NCBI GenBank assembly: GCA_017462795.1
Contig: JAFTQL010000035.1
Coordinates: forward strand, 62,360-126,359
Direction of reading: 5' to 3'
Length of the DNA: 64,000 bases
From: Clostridia bacterium
GTDB taxonomy: Bacteria; Bacillota; Clostridia; Oscillospirales; CAG-272
The notes below the pieces were generated by a model. It was given only the letters and a program-made list of their open reading frames with translations. It had not been told where the DNA came from and ran no database searches. Positions 27,581 through 36,765 of the stretch are shown here, one piece after another. Both the position numbers and the translations under genes were made by a program. The number at the start of each line of letters is the position of its first letter. The first letter of the stretch is position 1.

Positions 27581-27817
27581 TTTTGTTCTCCTTTTTATTT
27601 AATAAAAAATAATGTGAGGTATTCCTCCTCATTATATTATTATAGATCATTTTCTGTCCGAGATATATCATAATATTACGCCGAAATTACATATTATTAC
27701 GATTTGTGCCGTAATATCCCTCTGTTTTCTTGCTATTTTTTATTAATTCAATAACATTTTCACACATACGAAATGGTTTTGCTATCAAAGCCATTTCGTA
27801 TATATAAAATTTTACTC

Positions 27818-27840
27818 ATGGGCGGAATGAGCCGCCCATG
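27818..27840 (-). terminator. Hairpin terminating cassette B
   Basis: CATGGGCGG-aatga-(g)CCGCCCATG, 12 nt below the stop of 27852-28901. On the minus strand it is followed by AGTAAAATTTTAT. A second hairpin lies at 27767-27800. Confidence 0.5.
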
Positions 27841-27851
27841 AGAAGAGTTTA

Positions 27852-28901
27852 TTAAATTACAAGATCGGTAATAATAGGTAAATGATCGGAGGGATATACG
27901 TGTACGCCGTCCGAGGTAGTGTACTCATAATCACCAACCCGATATTCAGCCACCTTATCCTTCAAAGCGTCGCTGACAAAACAGAAATCTATTCTGTCTC
28001 CGTTTCCGCTGTTACCGTCAATCGCCTGATAGTCCTGTCCCTGTGTTTCGACTCTGAACGCGCTGTTCCAAGTGTCACTGACTACGGTCTTTTTCGCGAT
28101 CAGTCCCGAATCGTTCCAGCCGCTATCCGTAACGGTACTGTAGAAATTTTTCCATCCCGTACCGTAATCCAAGCCGTTGGGAGCATCGTTAAAGTCCGCG
28201 GTCATAATGACCTTGTCGGTGCCATACTCGACCATAAGCTCCCCGACAAGCCTTTGCAGCATCTGCATCTGAGCGCAGCGCTCAAAGAACCTGAGCCTGA
28301 AAAGCAATTTTTCAACATCAGTCTTAGACTCATAATTGCCGTTGTTGTGTCCCCTGTGCTGGAGATGGGTATTAACATATATAATATCCTCTCCATCAAT
28401 ATCAAGCACAACATAATTCATAAGTCTTGAAGCGAGGCTGTAGCTATTGGGACTTGGCATTCCGTTCTTTTTAAGACCTGTGCCCTCATAATGTCCCAGA
28501 GCCGCAAGCTCATCCGATGTCATTTTTCCATCGGAAATAAGTCCGTCATAAGTCAGCGCAACCGTGGAATTAGTTCCGTCCGAGGTAAGCCAATTCCAGC
28601 CGTGATGCTTTACCTTAATACCGTTCTTTATATAAACAGAGCAGTATTCCATAGTATGAGCTTTGTGAACAGTATCGGGAATATAGCGTGTATATCCCTC
28701 CCCCAGAGATATATTGTTCACCCAATTATTGACGTCCTCCTGAAGTCCGACGATATCGGGCTGAAATGACAGTATCTGTTCAGCCACTGCCCGGACTCTG
28801 TTCTTTGACTGTCGGTTAAGCTCCCCCGTTCCGCCCTTGTGGCCATCCACGTCATAGGTATCCATGCGGACGTTGAAGCTGAGTATTCTGAGTTTTTTCA
28901 T
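27852..28901 (-). CDS. Cassette B signal-less EEP-fold phosphoesterase
   Basis: I prefer the ATG at 28901 (MKKLRILSFNVRMD), 3 nt after the upstream stop. Motifs IVGLQEDV, ADFND and YPSDHLPIITDL. Close paralogue of 33502-34683. Confidence 0.8.
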   Translation of the reverse strand: MKKLRILSFNVRMDTYDVDGHKGGTGELNRQSKNRVRAVAEQILSFQPDIVGLQEDVNNWVNNISLGEGYTRYIPDTVHKAHTMEYCSVYIKNGIKVKHHGWNWLTSDGTNSTVALTYDGLISDGKMTSDELAALGHYEGTGLKKNGMPSPNSYSLASRLMNYVVLDIDGEDIIYVNTHLQHRGHNNGNYESKTDVEKLLFRLRFFERCAQMQMLQRLVGELMVEYGTDKVIMTADFNDAPNGLDYGTGWKNFYSTVTDSGWNDSGLIAKKTVVSDTWNSAFRVETQGQDYQAIDGNSGNGDRIDFCFVSDALKDKVAEYRVGDYEYTTSDGVHVYPSDHLPIITDLVI

Positions 28902-28903
28902 AA

Positions 28904-30238
28904 TCAGTCTTGTGTCAGTGTTTCGGTCTTTGTTGCTCCGCAAGAAATATTTCCGTCAGCGTCACTCATATAAGTAGTTACCGTTGCGGAAACAGTAGCC
29001 TCTGCGGGAACTCCCGCAATTACCAGAACATACAGATAATCTCCGTCGATCACCGTCTCACCCGACCGAGTCTGCTTTGTAGTGTAAGTAATTCCGCCAC
29101 CCTGAACAGATGTGTAGACGGTATTGCAGGATACCTTCTGAGCCTTGGTAACTCCGCCATATGTAACGGTTACGTAAAATCCTATATCATTTATCTCTCC
29201 GAGATCCTCTGTATCAAGAACTCCGACCATACGGTAATCAACAAGTCCGTCAACCACCCTGTCCTGAATACCGTAGTAGCGTGTACTTGCGCTCACATCT
29301 GACGTGCAATCCGATACGTTCAATGTTTTTGTTGAGCCACTCTTCAAATTAGCATAATTCGAAGGATTATACTCTGACGGCAGTACAGTACAGCTTGTGA
29401 CTGTGGTGTTGGCATTTACCAAACCTATAATACTACCAGCTGTCGAGGTACCCATCTCGCCTTCAAGACTCACACTACAATTTGAAACAGATACAGATCC
29501 CGCATTTACACAATATCCTATTATACCGCCGACATTACTCGTGCCTTTTACAGTTCCGTTAAAAGAACAGTTGCTGATAGTTACAGTCGTTGATGTATTT
29601 TTTGATGTATCGTTTGCAACAGCGTTCACAGAGCCTATAATACCGCCAACCTGACCTGCGCCCTTAACATTACCGTTTATAATGTGAACATTATCGATAA
29701 TCAGATCGCTGTCATAAACATTTAAGTTCATTCGTGAGCCTACAATAGCACCAACATTTGCAACAGCGGCAGCAGATTCGCCGTTACTGCTTGTATTTTC
29801 CGCTGACGCATCAACAGTAATATTGATCAATGTCAGGTTCTTGATAGTACCTCCTGCAAAACGGAACATACCGGGACTTGATTTGCAGTTTGTTACATTG
29901 ATTCCCGCAACCGTATGACCGTTACCATCAAATGTACCGTCAAAGATTATACCCTTCCACGTTTTACCCGTATAGTCGATATCCGCAGTCAGCTTTATGT
30001 ATGCACCCTTCAGATTAGTATGAGGGCTTGTAGAGCTGTTGAATGCCGCAAGCTCATCCGCAGAACCGATAGTAAGCTCTATAGACGCGAAATCATCTTT
30101 TGTATAACCGCTGGTGCCGGCAAGCCATGACGACATGGAAACCGGTGTTCTTTGCGCGCTGTCAGTCGCAAATACTCCCATGGGAAGAAGAGTGAGAAGC
30201 ATTGCGCAAAGTATTAAGCAACATATAATTCTTTTCAT
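28904..30238 (-). CDS. Cassette B free member: secreted GLUG-type beta-helix repeat protein ending in the shared C-terminal module
   Basis: I prefer the start at 30238 (MKRIICCLILCAMLLTLLPMGVFA|TD, with GGGGGG upstream). FDGTFDGNGHTVAGINV is followed by repeated ..N[CV]..NG.V.G...VGGIIG. units. The C-terminal module reads ..YRMVGVLD..IGFYVTV..NTVYTSVQGGG..GDYLYVLVIAGV.. Confidence 0.75.
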   Translation of the reverse strand: MKRIICCLILCAMLLTLLPMGVFATDSAQRTPVSMSSWLAGTSGYTKDDFASIELTIGSADELAAFNSSTSPHTNLKGAYIKLTADIDYTGKTWKGIIFDGTFDGNGHTVAGINVTNCKSSPGMFRFAGGTIKNLTLINITVDASAENTSSNGESAAAVANVGAIVGSRMNLNVYDSDLIIDNVHIINGNVKGAGQVGGIIGSVNAVANDTSKNTSTTVTISNCSFNGTVKGTSNVGGIIGYCVNAGSVSVSNCSVSLEGEMGTSTAGSIIGLVNANTTVTSCTVLPSEYNPSNYANLKSGSTKTLNVSDCTSDVSASTRYYGIQDRVVDGLVDYRMVGVLDTEDLGEINDIGFYVTVTYGGVTKAQKVSCNTVYTSVQGGGITYTTKQTRSGETVIDGDYLYVLVIAGVPAEATVSATVTTYMSDADGNISCGATKTETLTQD

Positions 30239-30252
30239 CGTCTTACCCCCCG

Positions 30253-30399
30253 TCAAAACGGCCATTGGTAAACACCGTAACCGGTGCTTGTGCCGTTGCT
30301 GTCATCAAGCGATAACGTACCGCCCGATGTCACCATAATGTCTTCCGTTTGTGTACAGATCAATGTGCACTCGGGTGAAATATATTCTTTCATATTCAT
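30253..30399 (-). CDS. Small ORF B (48 aa; 46 if started at the second ATG), member of the three-copy peptide family
   Basis: Own translation: MNMKEYISPECTLICTQTEDIMVTSGGTLSLDDSNGTSTGYGVYQWPF. AAGGA is upstream. The stop lies 14 nt before the start of 28904-30238. Confidence 0.55.
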   Translation of the reverse strand: MNMKEYISPECTLICTQTEDIMVTSGGTLSLDDSNGTSTGYGVYQWPF

Positions 30400-30471
30400 T
30401 TCTTTCCTTATTAATTAATTATTTTGATTCACATCAAGGGGCGGTGTACGCCCCCCGATTTTATAAGGATA

Positions 30472-31947
30472 TTACTTTCTCTTTTTGCAAACTACCGCAC
30501 CCGCGCCTGCAAGTACCGTCATTATAACAATGCCTGCGCCGATCGCTGATCCGCATCCGCCTTCATCTGTTACAGCCTCTGTTCCGTCTCCGCCTTCTGT
30601 GGCAGCAGAACCGTTATCTGTTGTATTTGCGGTGCCATCCGTTTCGGTATTGCTGTTGTTACCTGTATCTGTACTATCGTTATTGTTATCGGTATCGGCA
30701 CTGCCGTTATTGTTGTTATTATTGTTATTGTTTTCGGAAGATGCTGTCTTGCTGATAAGAGTATCCGCAAGAAGCGCTGTCGCGAGCGTTGCGTCCTCTG
30801 CCGCCGATGTTGTACCCTCGTTTCCGCTCTCGGTCACATTACCTGACTGAACAGCATAACCGAACACTGCATTTGCGCTGCCGTCTGCTGCCGCCGCACC
30901 CGTAGTTATTGCACCGAAGTTTTTGCAGTTGGTAACACTTACCTTATGAGAATCGGCAGTTCCGATAATTGCTCCGACATAATAGTTGTTTGTCTTGACA
31001 CTACCGTTATTGATACAACCGCTGATCACGCTTGCCTCAGTTGCCTGAGTGGAGTAACAGCGCGCAATGATTCCGCCTGTTCCCCTTGTATTCTTATCCA
31101 TAGCCTTGGATTCGACAGCACCCGCGTTACGGCAGTTTGTAACAGTGATCTTTACATTGGATGTACCTACGATACCGCCCGCATCGCGTGCAGCGGCGGT
31201 TATCGCTCCGGTATTTGTGCAGTTGGTAACTGTATGAGTGGAAACGCCTGTTGCCTCGTTGAACTCATCCTGCGTTACCTTTTGTCCCGCAACATTATAT
31301 GAACCTACACCCGTAACACTGGAATAACCTACTATACCGCCTATCATTGCGCTCGTACCCTCAACGGTTGCTTTGTTCCAACAGTTATCAACAGTAGTGT
31401 TCATGCCCTTATCTCCGGTAATACCGCCGACTATACCGCCTGTTCTGTTGCCGCCCTTAAAAGAGCAGCCCTCTCCAAGAATAACATTCTTGATGGTTGC
31501 ACCCTGAACATTTCCGAACAGACCTACGTGCTGAGTAGTTCCGTAATCAACCACGAGGTTATCAATTGTATAGCCCTGACCGTCAAATGTACCTCTGAAG
31601 GGCTTTGTGTTTGCCTCGGAAGCGCCGCCTCCGATAGGCTTGAAGTTGTTGACACCTGTCATATCGATGTCATTTGCAAGATAGAGCGTGATCCCGCTGA
31701 AGCGGCTCTCCGCTATGCTGACAGCGGTAAGCTCGAGAGCTGTGGATATCTTGAATTCCTTTGCCTCGGTCTCTGGATTTGCTATGTATTCCGCAACGCT
31801 GGGAATATTGGAAAGATCCTTCTGCTCCACTCTCGCGTCGGAATATCCTACTATGTCCGCTGTGATCTGCGCGTCTGCCGCCATGGCAGGAATGGCAATA
31901 CCCAATGCAAGAATTGCCGTAAGAATGAATGCGATTACTTTTTTCAT
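30472..31947 (-). CDS. Cassette B anchored member: secreted GLUG-type beta-helix repeat protein with C-terminal GGCGS-TM-KKRK tail
   Basis: 491 aa. Signal peptide ..GIAIPAMA|AD. FRGTFDGQGYTIDNLVV, then repeats with TGGIVGG, IGGIVGY, AGGIVGT, TGGIIAR and VGAIIGT. A poly-Asn/Thr/Asp linker (NNNNNNNNN) follows. C-terminus: DEGGCGSAIGAGIVIMTVLAGAGAVVCKKRK. Confidence 0.8.
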   Translation of the reverse strand: MKKVIAFILTAILALGIAIPAMAADAQITADIVGYSDARVEQKDLSNIPSVAEYIANPETEAKEFKISTALELTAVSIAESRFSGITLYLANDIDMTGVNNFKPIGGGASEANTKPFRGTFDGQGYTIDNLVVDYGTTQHVGLFGNVQGATIKNVILGEGCSFKGGNRTGGIVGGITGDKGMNTTVDNCWNKATVEGTSAMIGGIVGYSSVTGVGSYNVAGQKVTQDEFNEATGVSTHTVTNCTNTGAITAAARDAGGIVGTSNVKITVTNCRNAGAVESKAMDKNTRGTGGIIARCYSTQATEASVISGCINNGSVKTNNYYVGAIIGTADSHKVSVTNCKNFGAITTGAAAADGSANAVFGYAVQSGNVTESGNEGTTSAAEDATLATALLADTLISKTASSENNNNNNNNNGSADTDNNNDSTDTGNNSNTETDGTANTTDNGSAATEGGDGTEAVTDEGGCGSAIGAGIVIMTVLAGAGAVVCKKRK

Positions 31948-31999
31948 ATTTTCCTCCTGAATTTAATTTATTTTAGAGCGTTTTTACGCATAGCTCTCT

Positions 32000-33466
32000 T
32001 TATGAAAGGCTCTTGTAAAGCGACTCGAACTGACTGTTCCAGGATGTTACATTTCCCGAATAGTATGTGGAGATAGAGCCCTGTACCTTATCATCTCTCC
32101 AATAGGTATCCATCTGATACATATTGTAAGGATCGGGGGTAATGTTTGAACACATAGCCGCAAGATAGGTCAGAACGGACGTATCGCGGATTATCTCCAG
32201 CATATCCATCTGCCTTGGGCTGTTTGCGTACTGAAGTCCGAGTGTCTGCTCATAATATGCGGGCACTGCCTCGTAATGAGAATAGTAGGATTTTACCTCT
32301 ATCACCTTTCCGACAAGCTCAACATCAGCCGCGTTCTTCATTATCATGATCATCATTGCCGATGCGCCCGCAGGTGTGTAATATCTTCCCTGCTCCTCAT
32401 TATACATGGGCACGGGTGCAAGACCCCAATCAAAATCACTGTCACGGAAAAATTCTCCCGTTGACAAAAATCCGTGGTAGAACAGCGAGCGTCCCGCCTC
32501 AAATACGCCTCTTCCGGCATCCGAATCCGCAGATACCGTAACTACCATATTTGATACGTTGTTTTCAAAAACGGAGCTGAGATAGTCGTACATCTCAATA
32601 AAGCTCTCGCCTGCCGCTTCTTTCATATATATGTTACCGTCTTTGGTGCTTCTCTCGGTGACATTTGCGTTGAACGCTGTCATAAAGCCGCGGCTCGCCA
32701 CGCAGTGTCCCACATATCCGAAGGTATCCGAGGCAAGATTGCCCACACCGCCGTCAGCAGCTCCGCCAACCTTCTTTGCCATGCCGAACATGACCTCAGC
32801 CGTCCACTTATTTGCCTCAACAAGATCGTAAATATTGTCAAGACCGTGGTTGTCAAGTATTTCCTCATTGAAGAAGACAGCGCCCATACCCGAATAGTCT
32901 GTCAGAGACGCGTCGCTTCTGATACCGAAAAGCTTGCCGTTGATACCGTAGGTATTAAGCATGTCCGAAAGATACCAGGGCTTATCCGTCTCAAGCACCT
33001 CGACAGTTGTCAGATCAAGAACGAGTCCGTTTTTGAGGGCATATCCATAGGACGCGCTGGTCTCCGCCATGATAAGGTCGAACTCCGCGGTGCTGTCCAT
33101 CGCCATGGCGAGCAAACGGTTATTGAACGTCGCTCTTGTTGCCCAGTTGCCGTCAAGCTGAGTATAAGACATGTTGATACCAAGATGGGCTTTCACCTGA
33201 GCGTCTACTCCGAAGACCGCCTGACTTACAACCGTTCCGCCTGCCTCATTGGCATAGTCCAGAGTATCGTGAGTGGGTAAAAGTATTTTTATATCTTTTC
33301 CCTTGTTGTCCTCAGCGGCAACACTAAGAGGCAGTCTGTCATCATGGGTCTCAACCGTTCCCGGGGACGTATTGGAGCTTCCCTCATCCGGACCCTTACA
33401 TGACACGATAATGGGGATCAACATAAGCACCGCAAGCGCTAACGCCAGAACTTTGATCTTTCTCAT
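32000..33466 (-). CDS. Cassette B lipoprotein, solute-binding-protein-like (orphan)
   Basis: 488 aa. Lipobox IIVSC|KG. Paralogous to 10909-12444 and 45612-47093. Confidence 0.75.
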   Translation of the reverse strand: MRKIKVLALALAVLMLIPIIVSCKGPDEGSSNTSPGTVETHDDRLPLSVAAEDNKGKDIKILLPTHDTLDYANEAGGTVVSQAVFGVDAQVKAHLGINMSYTQLDGNWATRATFNNRLLAMAMDSTAEFDLIMAETSASYGYALKNGLVLDLTTVEVLETDKPWYLSDMLNTYGINGKLFGIRSDASLTDYSGMGAVFFNEEILDNHGLDNIYDLVEANKWTAEVMFGMAKKVGGAADGGVGNLASDTFGYVGHCVASRGFMTAFNANVTERSTKDGNIYMKEAAGESFIEMYDYLSSVFENNVSNMVVTVSADSDAGRGVFEAGRSLFYHGFLSTGEFFRDSDFDWGLAPVPMYNEEQGRYYTPAGASAMMIMIMKNAADVELVGKVIEVKSYYSHYEAVPAYYEQTLGLQYANSPRQMDMLEIIRDTSVLTYLAAMCSNITPDPYNMYQMDTYWRDDKVQGSISTYYSGNVTSWNSQFESLYKSLS

Positions 33467-33501
33467 AAAAACTTTTCTCCTTTTTATTTTATTTTTTTAC
33501 A

Positions 33502-34683
33502 TCAACCGATAGCAAAATCCACGATGACAGGAAGATGATCCGAAGGATAAACGTCCACATTCTGTTTTTGAGTTCCCTCCGCCAGAGCAAGTGTCCATTT
33601 TACCTTTCCCACCTGATATAGCATGACTCTGTTTTTAAGCTCCTCGGACACAACACAGAAATCTATCCTTCCGTTGAGCTTATTCTCTTTATCGGATACA
33701 TACCCCTGACCTTGCTTGCTGATATCAAACGCGGAATTCCAGCTATGCTCCAGCTTACTGCCTTGCTTGGCGATCTCCATGCTGTCGAAAAGATACTTTT
33801 CCACGTTTTTGAAAAATCCGCTTGTAGATCCGTCATTGAAGTCGCCGGACATAATAACAGACGCATCCGTATATGTCTTTTTCAGCTCCTCTATCTGCGC
33901 CTTTACCATTTCATACTGCAAGCCTCTCTCGCAATAGCGGAGCATGTACAGCGGATGATCGGTATATTCTCCTTCGCTGTAGCCGCGGTGCTGGAAATGA
34001 GCGTTTACATAAATAACATCCTTGCCGTTGACCTCAAGCACCACGTAATTCATTATTCTCGCCGCCAGCTTGTTACCGTAGCTCTTGTTGTTATCATTTC
34101 TGTCGACATATGTGGTCTTAAGTCCCGCGTCATTGACGATGCCGATATCCATAAGCGCAAACGCGTCCATGTCGTAGTATCCGTCACCGTCCGTAAGCTC
34201 CGCGTAGGTCGCTGCCACTGTCTGATTTGTTCCGTCGGACGTCAGCCATTTCCAACCGTGAGCCTTAACCGTGATACCCTTTTTTACGTAGATAGACAAA
34301 TATTCGTGAGTTGATGAGTCCATCTTTACGTCGGGAATATAACGTGCATATACGTCCCCGCTTATGTTGATGTTATCCACCCAATTCTGTACGTCCTCCT
34401 GAAGTCCTATAACATCGGGATCATAGGAAAGTATCTGCTCGCGCACAGCCTGCACACGGTTTTTTGACAGGGCGTCGAGCGTACCCAGGACTGTTGTATT
34501 CAGATCCATGCGCACATTGAAGCTGACAAGTCTGAGATTCGGGTCGCCGATGATCTCCTCTGTCGAGGGTGCCTCTTGCGTATCGGTGGTATCCGCGGGA
34601 TGATCTCCCGTGTCATTACACGCGCCTGCCATAGGCAACAGCAGGCAGATACACAGAAGAAAGACTAAAATTCGCTTTTTCAT
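33502..34683 (-). CDS. Cassette B exported EEP-fold phosphoesterase lipoprotein
   Basis: 393 aa. Lipobox MAGAC|ND. LRLVSFNVRMD, VIGLQEDV, GDFND and YPSDHLPVIVDF. Confidence 0.8.
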   Translation of the reverse strand: MKKRILVFLLCICLLLPMAGACNDTGDHPADTTDTQEAPSTEEIIGDPNLRLVSFNVRMDLNTTVLGTLDALSKNRVQAVREQILSYDPDVIGLQEDVQNWVDNINISGDVYARYIPDVKMDSSTHEYLSIYVKKGITVKAHGWKWLTSDGTNQTVAATYAELTDGDGYYDMDAFALMDIGIVNDAGLKTTYVDRNDNNKSYGNKLAARIMNYVVLEVNGKDVIYVNAHFQHRGYSEGEYTDHPLYMLRYCERGLQYEMVKAQIEELKKTYTDASVIMSGDFNDGSTSGFFKNVEKYLFDSMEIAKQGSKLEHSWNSAFDISKQGQGYVSDKENKLNGRIDFCVVSEELKNRVMLYQVGKVKWTLALAEGTQKQNVDVYPSDHLPVIVDFAIG

Positions 34684-34723
34684 CCTTTTCTCTCCTTATG
34701 TATTAATGTATAAAGCGTGTATG

Positions 34724-35635
34724 TCATATCTCATCAAAGACTCTCACATAGTCAACCTCAAAGACATCGGGAAGGGTTGCCTCAAACAGCTCGGGTACAG
34801 GCTCGCCCGCACAGCATCCCTTTGCCGTAACCTCTCCCGCTTCGCCCTGAGCCTTGAATACTCTGTTATAGCCATGGCACTCAGTCGTAACCAGCAGGAA
34901 TTGCTCAACCTGCGATACCGCGCACTCGGGCGCCATCTGCTTGCCGACTATCTTGCCGTCCGCGTAAAAGGTATATCCCTCGGGAGTCCAGTGTACCGCG
35001 TAATTGTGCCAGCCGTCATCCGTCTCTTCAAGCGGAAACTCATAGTGACCTGCCCACTTGCCCTCGGCGCCGTATCCGCCCCAGCCACATCCGCACACCA
35101 TAGTGCCGAACTTGTGCTGACGGTAGTTTTCCATGATGTCGCATTCCACTCCGGCAACGGCAGGATCGGGATGAGCGCCTATGGATGGAGACTGAAGCCA
35201 GAAGGCACAGTGCCACCCGTCGCATCTCGGCAGACGGCAACGGATCTCATAGTATCCGTATTTGTGCATAAACTTGAACTCATCCTTTGCTCCAAAGGGC
35301 CAGAACTTTTTGGAAGTTCCGTCACGAGGATTATCAAATGTCAGACCTCCTGTCTGTAGATGAGCGGAACAGAAATCATCTCCCTTGCGGAGAAGATGTA
35401 TCTTAAGAGTGTCGTCACTTACCTCCACTCCCTCGGTGGTAAATGCCGGCGAACGATAGCCCCAGAAGTTGAGACGGTAGTTCCACTTACTCTCATCAAG
35501 GGCGTTTCCGTCAAACTCGTCGTTCCAGACAAGCTTCCACCTCTTATCGGCGGGAAGCACACTGGGCGCGTGTCCCGGGACAACTACTTCTTCATTCATG
35601 TTGATCTCTTTCGGTTTTACCTGTACAAAAGGCAT
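34724..35635 (-). CDS. GH16-family glycosidase (beta-glucanase/laminarinase-like), cytoplasmic
   Basis: 303 aa. WKLVWNDEFDGNALDESKWNY and the catalytic E-x-D-x-x-E motif as GVECDIMENY. No signal peptide. It lies 40 nt upstream of cassette B, so the two are probably co-transcribed. Confidence 0.8.
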   Translation of the reverse strand: MPFVQVKPKEINMNEEVVVPGHAPSVLPADKRWKLVWNDEFDGNALDESKWNYRLNFWGYRSPAFTTEGVEVSDDTLKIHLLRKGDDFCSAHLQTGGLTFDNPRDGTSKKFWPFGAKDEFKFMHKYGYYEIRCRLPRCDGWHCAFWLQSPSIGAHPDPAVAGVECDIMENYRQHKFGTMVCGCGWGGYGAEGKWAGHYEFPLEETDDGWHNYAVHWTPEGYTFYADGKIVGKQMAPECAVSQVEQFLLVTTECHGYNRVFKAQGEAGEVTAKGCCAGEPVPELFEATLPDVFEVDYVRVFDEI

Positions 35636-35650
35636 TTTTATTCTCCTTAC

Positions 35651-35679
35651 TTGACAAAATCGCTTATGCGTTGTATACT
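35651..35679 (+). promoter_or_regulatory. Candidate promoter of AraC gene 35824
   Basis: TTGACA-17 nt-TATACT, which implies a ~135-nt leader. It overlaps a weaker minus-strand candidate (TTGAAT-17-TAGTAT, 35675-35703) for GH16/cassette B. Confidence 0.45.
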
Positions 35680-35823
35680 ATATATATGATATCACAAATT
35701 CAAGACTAAAAAAACTCCCGTTTTGTGCTTTTTTACCCCCAAAAACAACGATTCTTCATGTTTTATATATCCTAAAACCACGAATTTCCAAGCGAACATG
35801 CCACAAAAAAAAGGAGCGAATAT

Positions 35824-36645
35824 ATGAAAATTCCCGAAATTATCATAATAAGAAACGGCACATGGCATAACTACCGAAAGCAAAAGAAGACACCGTCAAG
35901 ATTTGTGCTTACCTATGAGATCGAATATCACCGCAAAAGCTACGGTGAGACCACGATCAACGGAGTATCATATCCCATAGAAAAAGACACCGTTACCTTT
36001 AACCGCCCCGGCGACATACGGAGCAGCCGTTTCAATATAGGCATTGAAGCCGAGACCGAATTTTTTTATTTCATCGTAAGCGCGGACGAGAAGAACTCGA
36101 ACTTTGAGTATATGCTCGAAAACATTCCAAATCACACACGTGCGGATGAGAAAACTAAAAAAATGTGGGAAAAGATCACTTCCGATTACATCAACAAAAA
36201 CGATCCTCTCTTTGAAATGCAGGCATATCTCAACCTTTTGTCCTTCCTTACATTTCTCTCTCAAAAGGGACGCAATGACTCGCATCTGCCCACAGCTCCG
36301 TCGCCCCATCAGCTTGCGCTCTTTGAGGCTATCAGGTATATGCAGGAGCATCTTACCGAAAATATTTCGGTCAACGATATTGCGGCGCATATCGGCTACA
36401 GCCAATCACACTTCAATCACCTTTTCAAAACCTACACTCAGCACACCCCTCATTCCTACTATATATCGTTGAAAATAAGCGAGGCAAAATACATGCTTCT
36501 CAACACCAACAAAAGTATCGCGCAGATATCGGAGGCGCTGGCATTCAGCAAGACCAGCAAATTCAGCAGCGCTTTCAAAAAAGAATGTCACATGACTCCG
36601 GGTGAGTTCCGGAAAACACGCGACGTAATATTTTATAACGATTAA
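35824..36645 (+). CDS. AraC-family transcriptional regulator
   Basis: 273 aa. HTH: IGYSQSHFNHLFKTYTQHTPHSYY ... LAFSKTSKFSSAFKKECHMTPGEFRK. Confidence 0.8.
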   Translation: MKIPEIIIIRNGTWHNYRKQKKTPSRFVLTYEIEYHRKSYGETTINGVSYPIEKDTVTFNRPGDIRSSRFNIGIEAETEFFYFIVSADEKNSNFEYMLENIPNHTRADEKTKKMWEKITSDYINKNDPLFEMQAYLNLLSFLTFLSQKGRNDSHLPTAPSPHQLALFEAIRYMQEHLTENISVNDIAAHIGYSQSHFNHLFKTYTQHTPHSYYISLKISEAKYMLLNTNKSIAQISEALAFSKTSKFSSAFKKECHMTPGEFRKTRDVIFYND

Positions 36646-36675
36646 TAATATTAAAGCGCTTATACAAAAACAGAA

Positions 36676-36725
36676 AGAGCAAGAGTAAAAGGAGAGATCC
36701 TTCTATTCTTGCTCTGTTTGTTTTT
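36676..36725. terminator. Bidirectional terminator between convergent AraC and GDPD genes
   Basis: AGAGCAAGA ... TCTTGCTCT with an inner AAGGA/TCCTT stem. It is followed by GTTTGTTTTT on the + strand and preceded by an A-rich run. Confidence 0.65.
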
Positions 36726-36765
36726 GGGATTACAATATCATTATTCCAAAACGCGTTATATTCTG

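Noticed and set aside
30253-30399. Small ORF B as a double-glycine-leader bacteriocin precursor
   Set aside because: Only copy B has Gly-Gly after the conserved motif (A has Asn-Gly, C has Leu-Ala). The -4/-7/-12 hydrophobic pattern of GG leaders is not met, and no C39-peptidase ABC exporter is present in the window.
30640-30740. Poly-Asn coding tract (GTT/ATT-rich on the + strand) as a slipped-strand phase-variation switch
   Set aside because: The tract mixes AAT and AAC codons and is not a pure mono- or trinucleotide repeat. It looks like an ordinary low-complexity linker preceding the C-terminal anchor.
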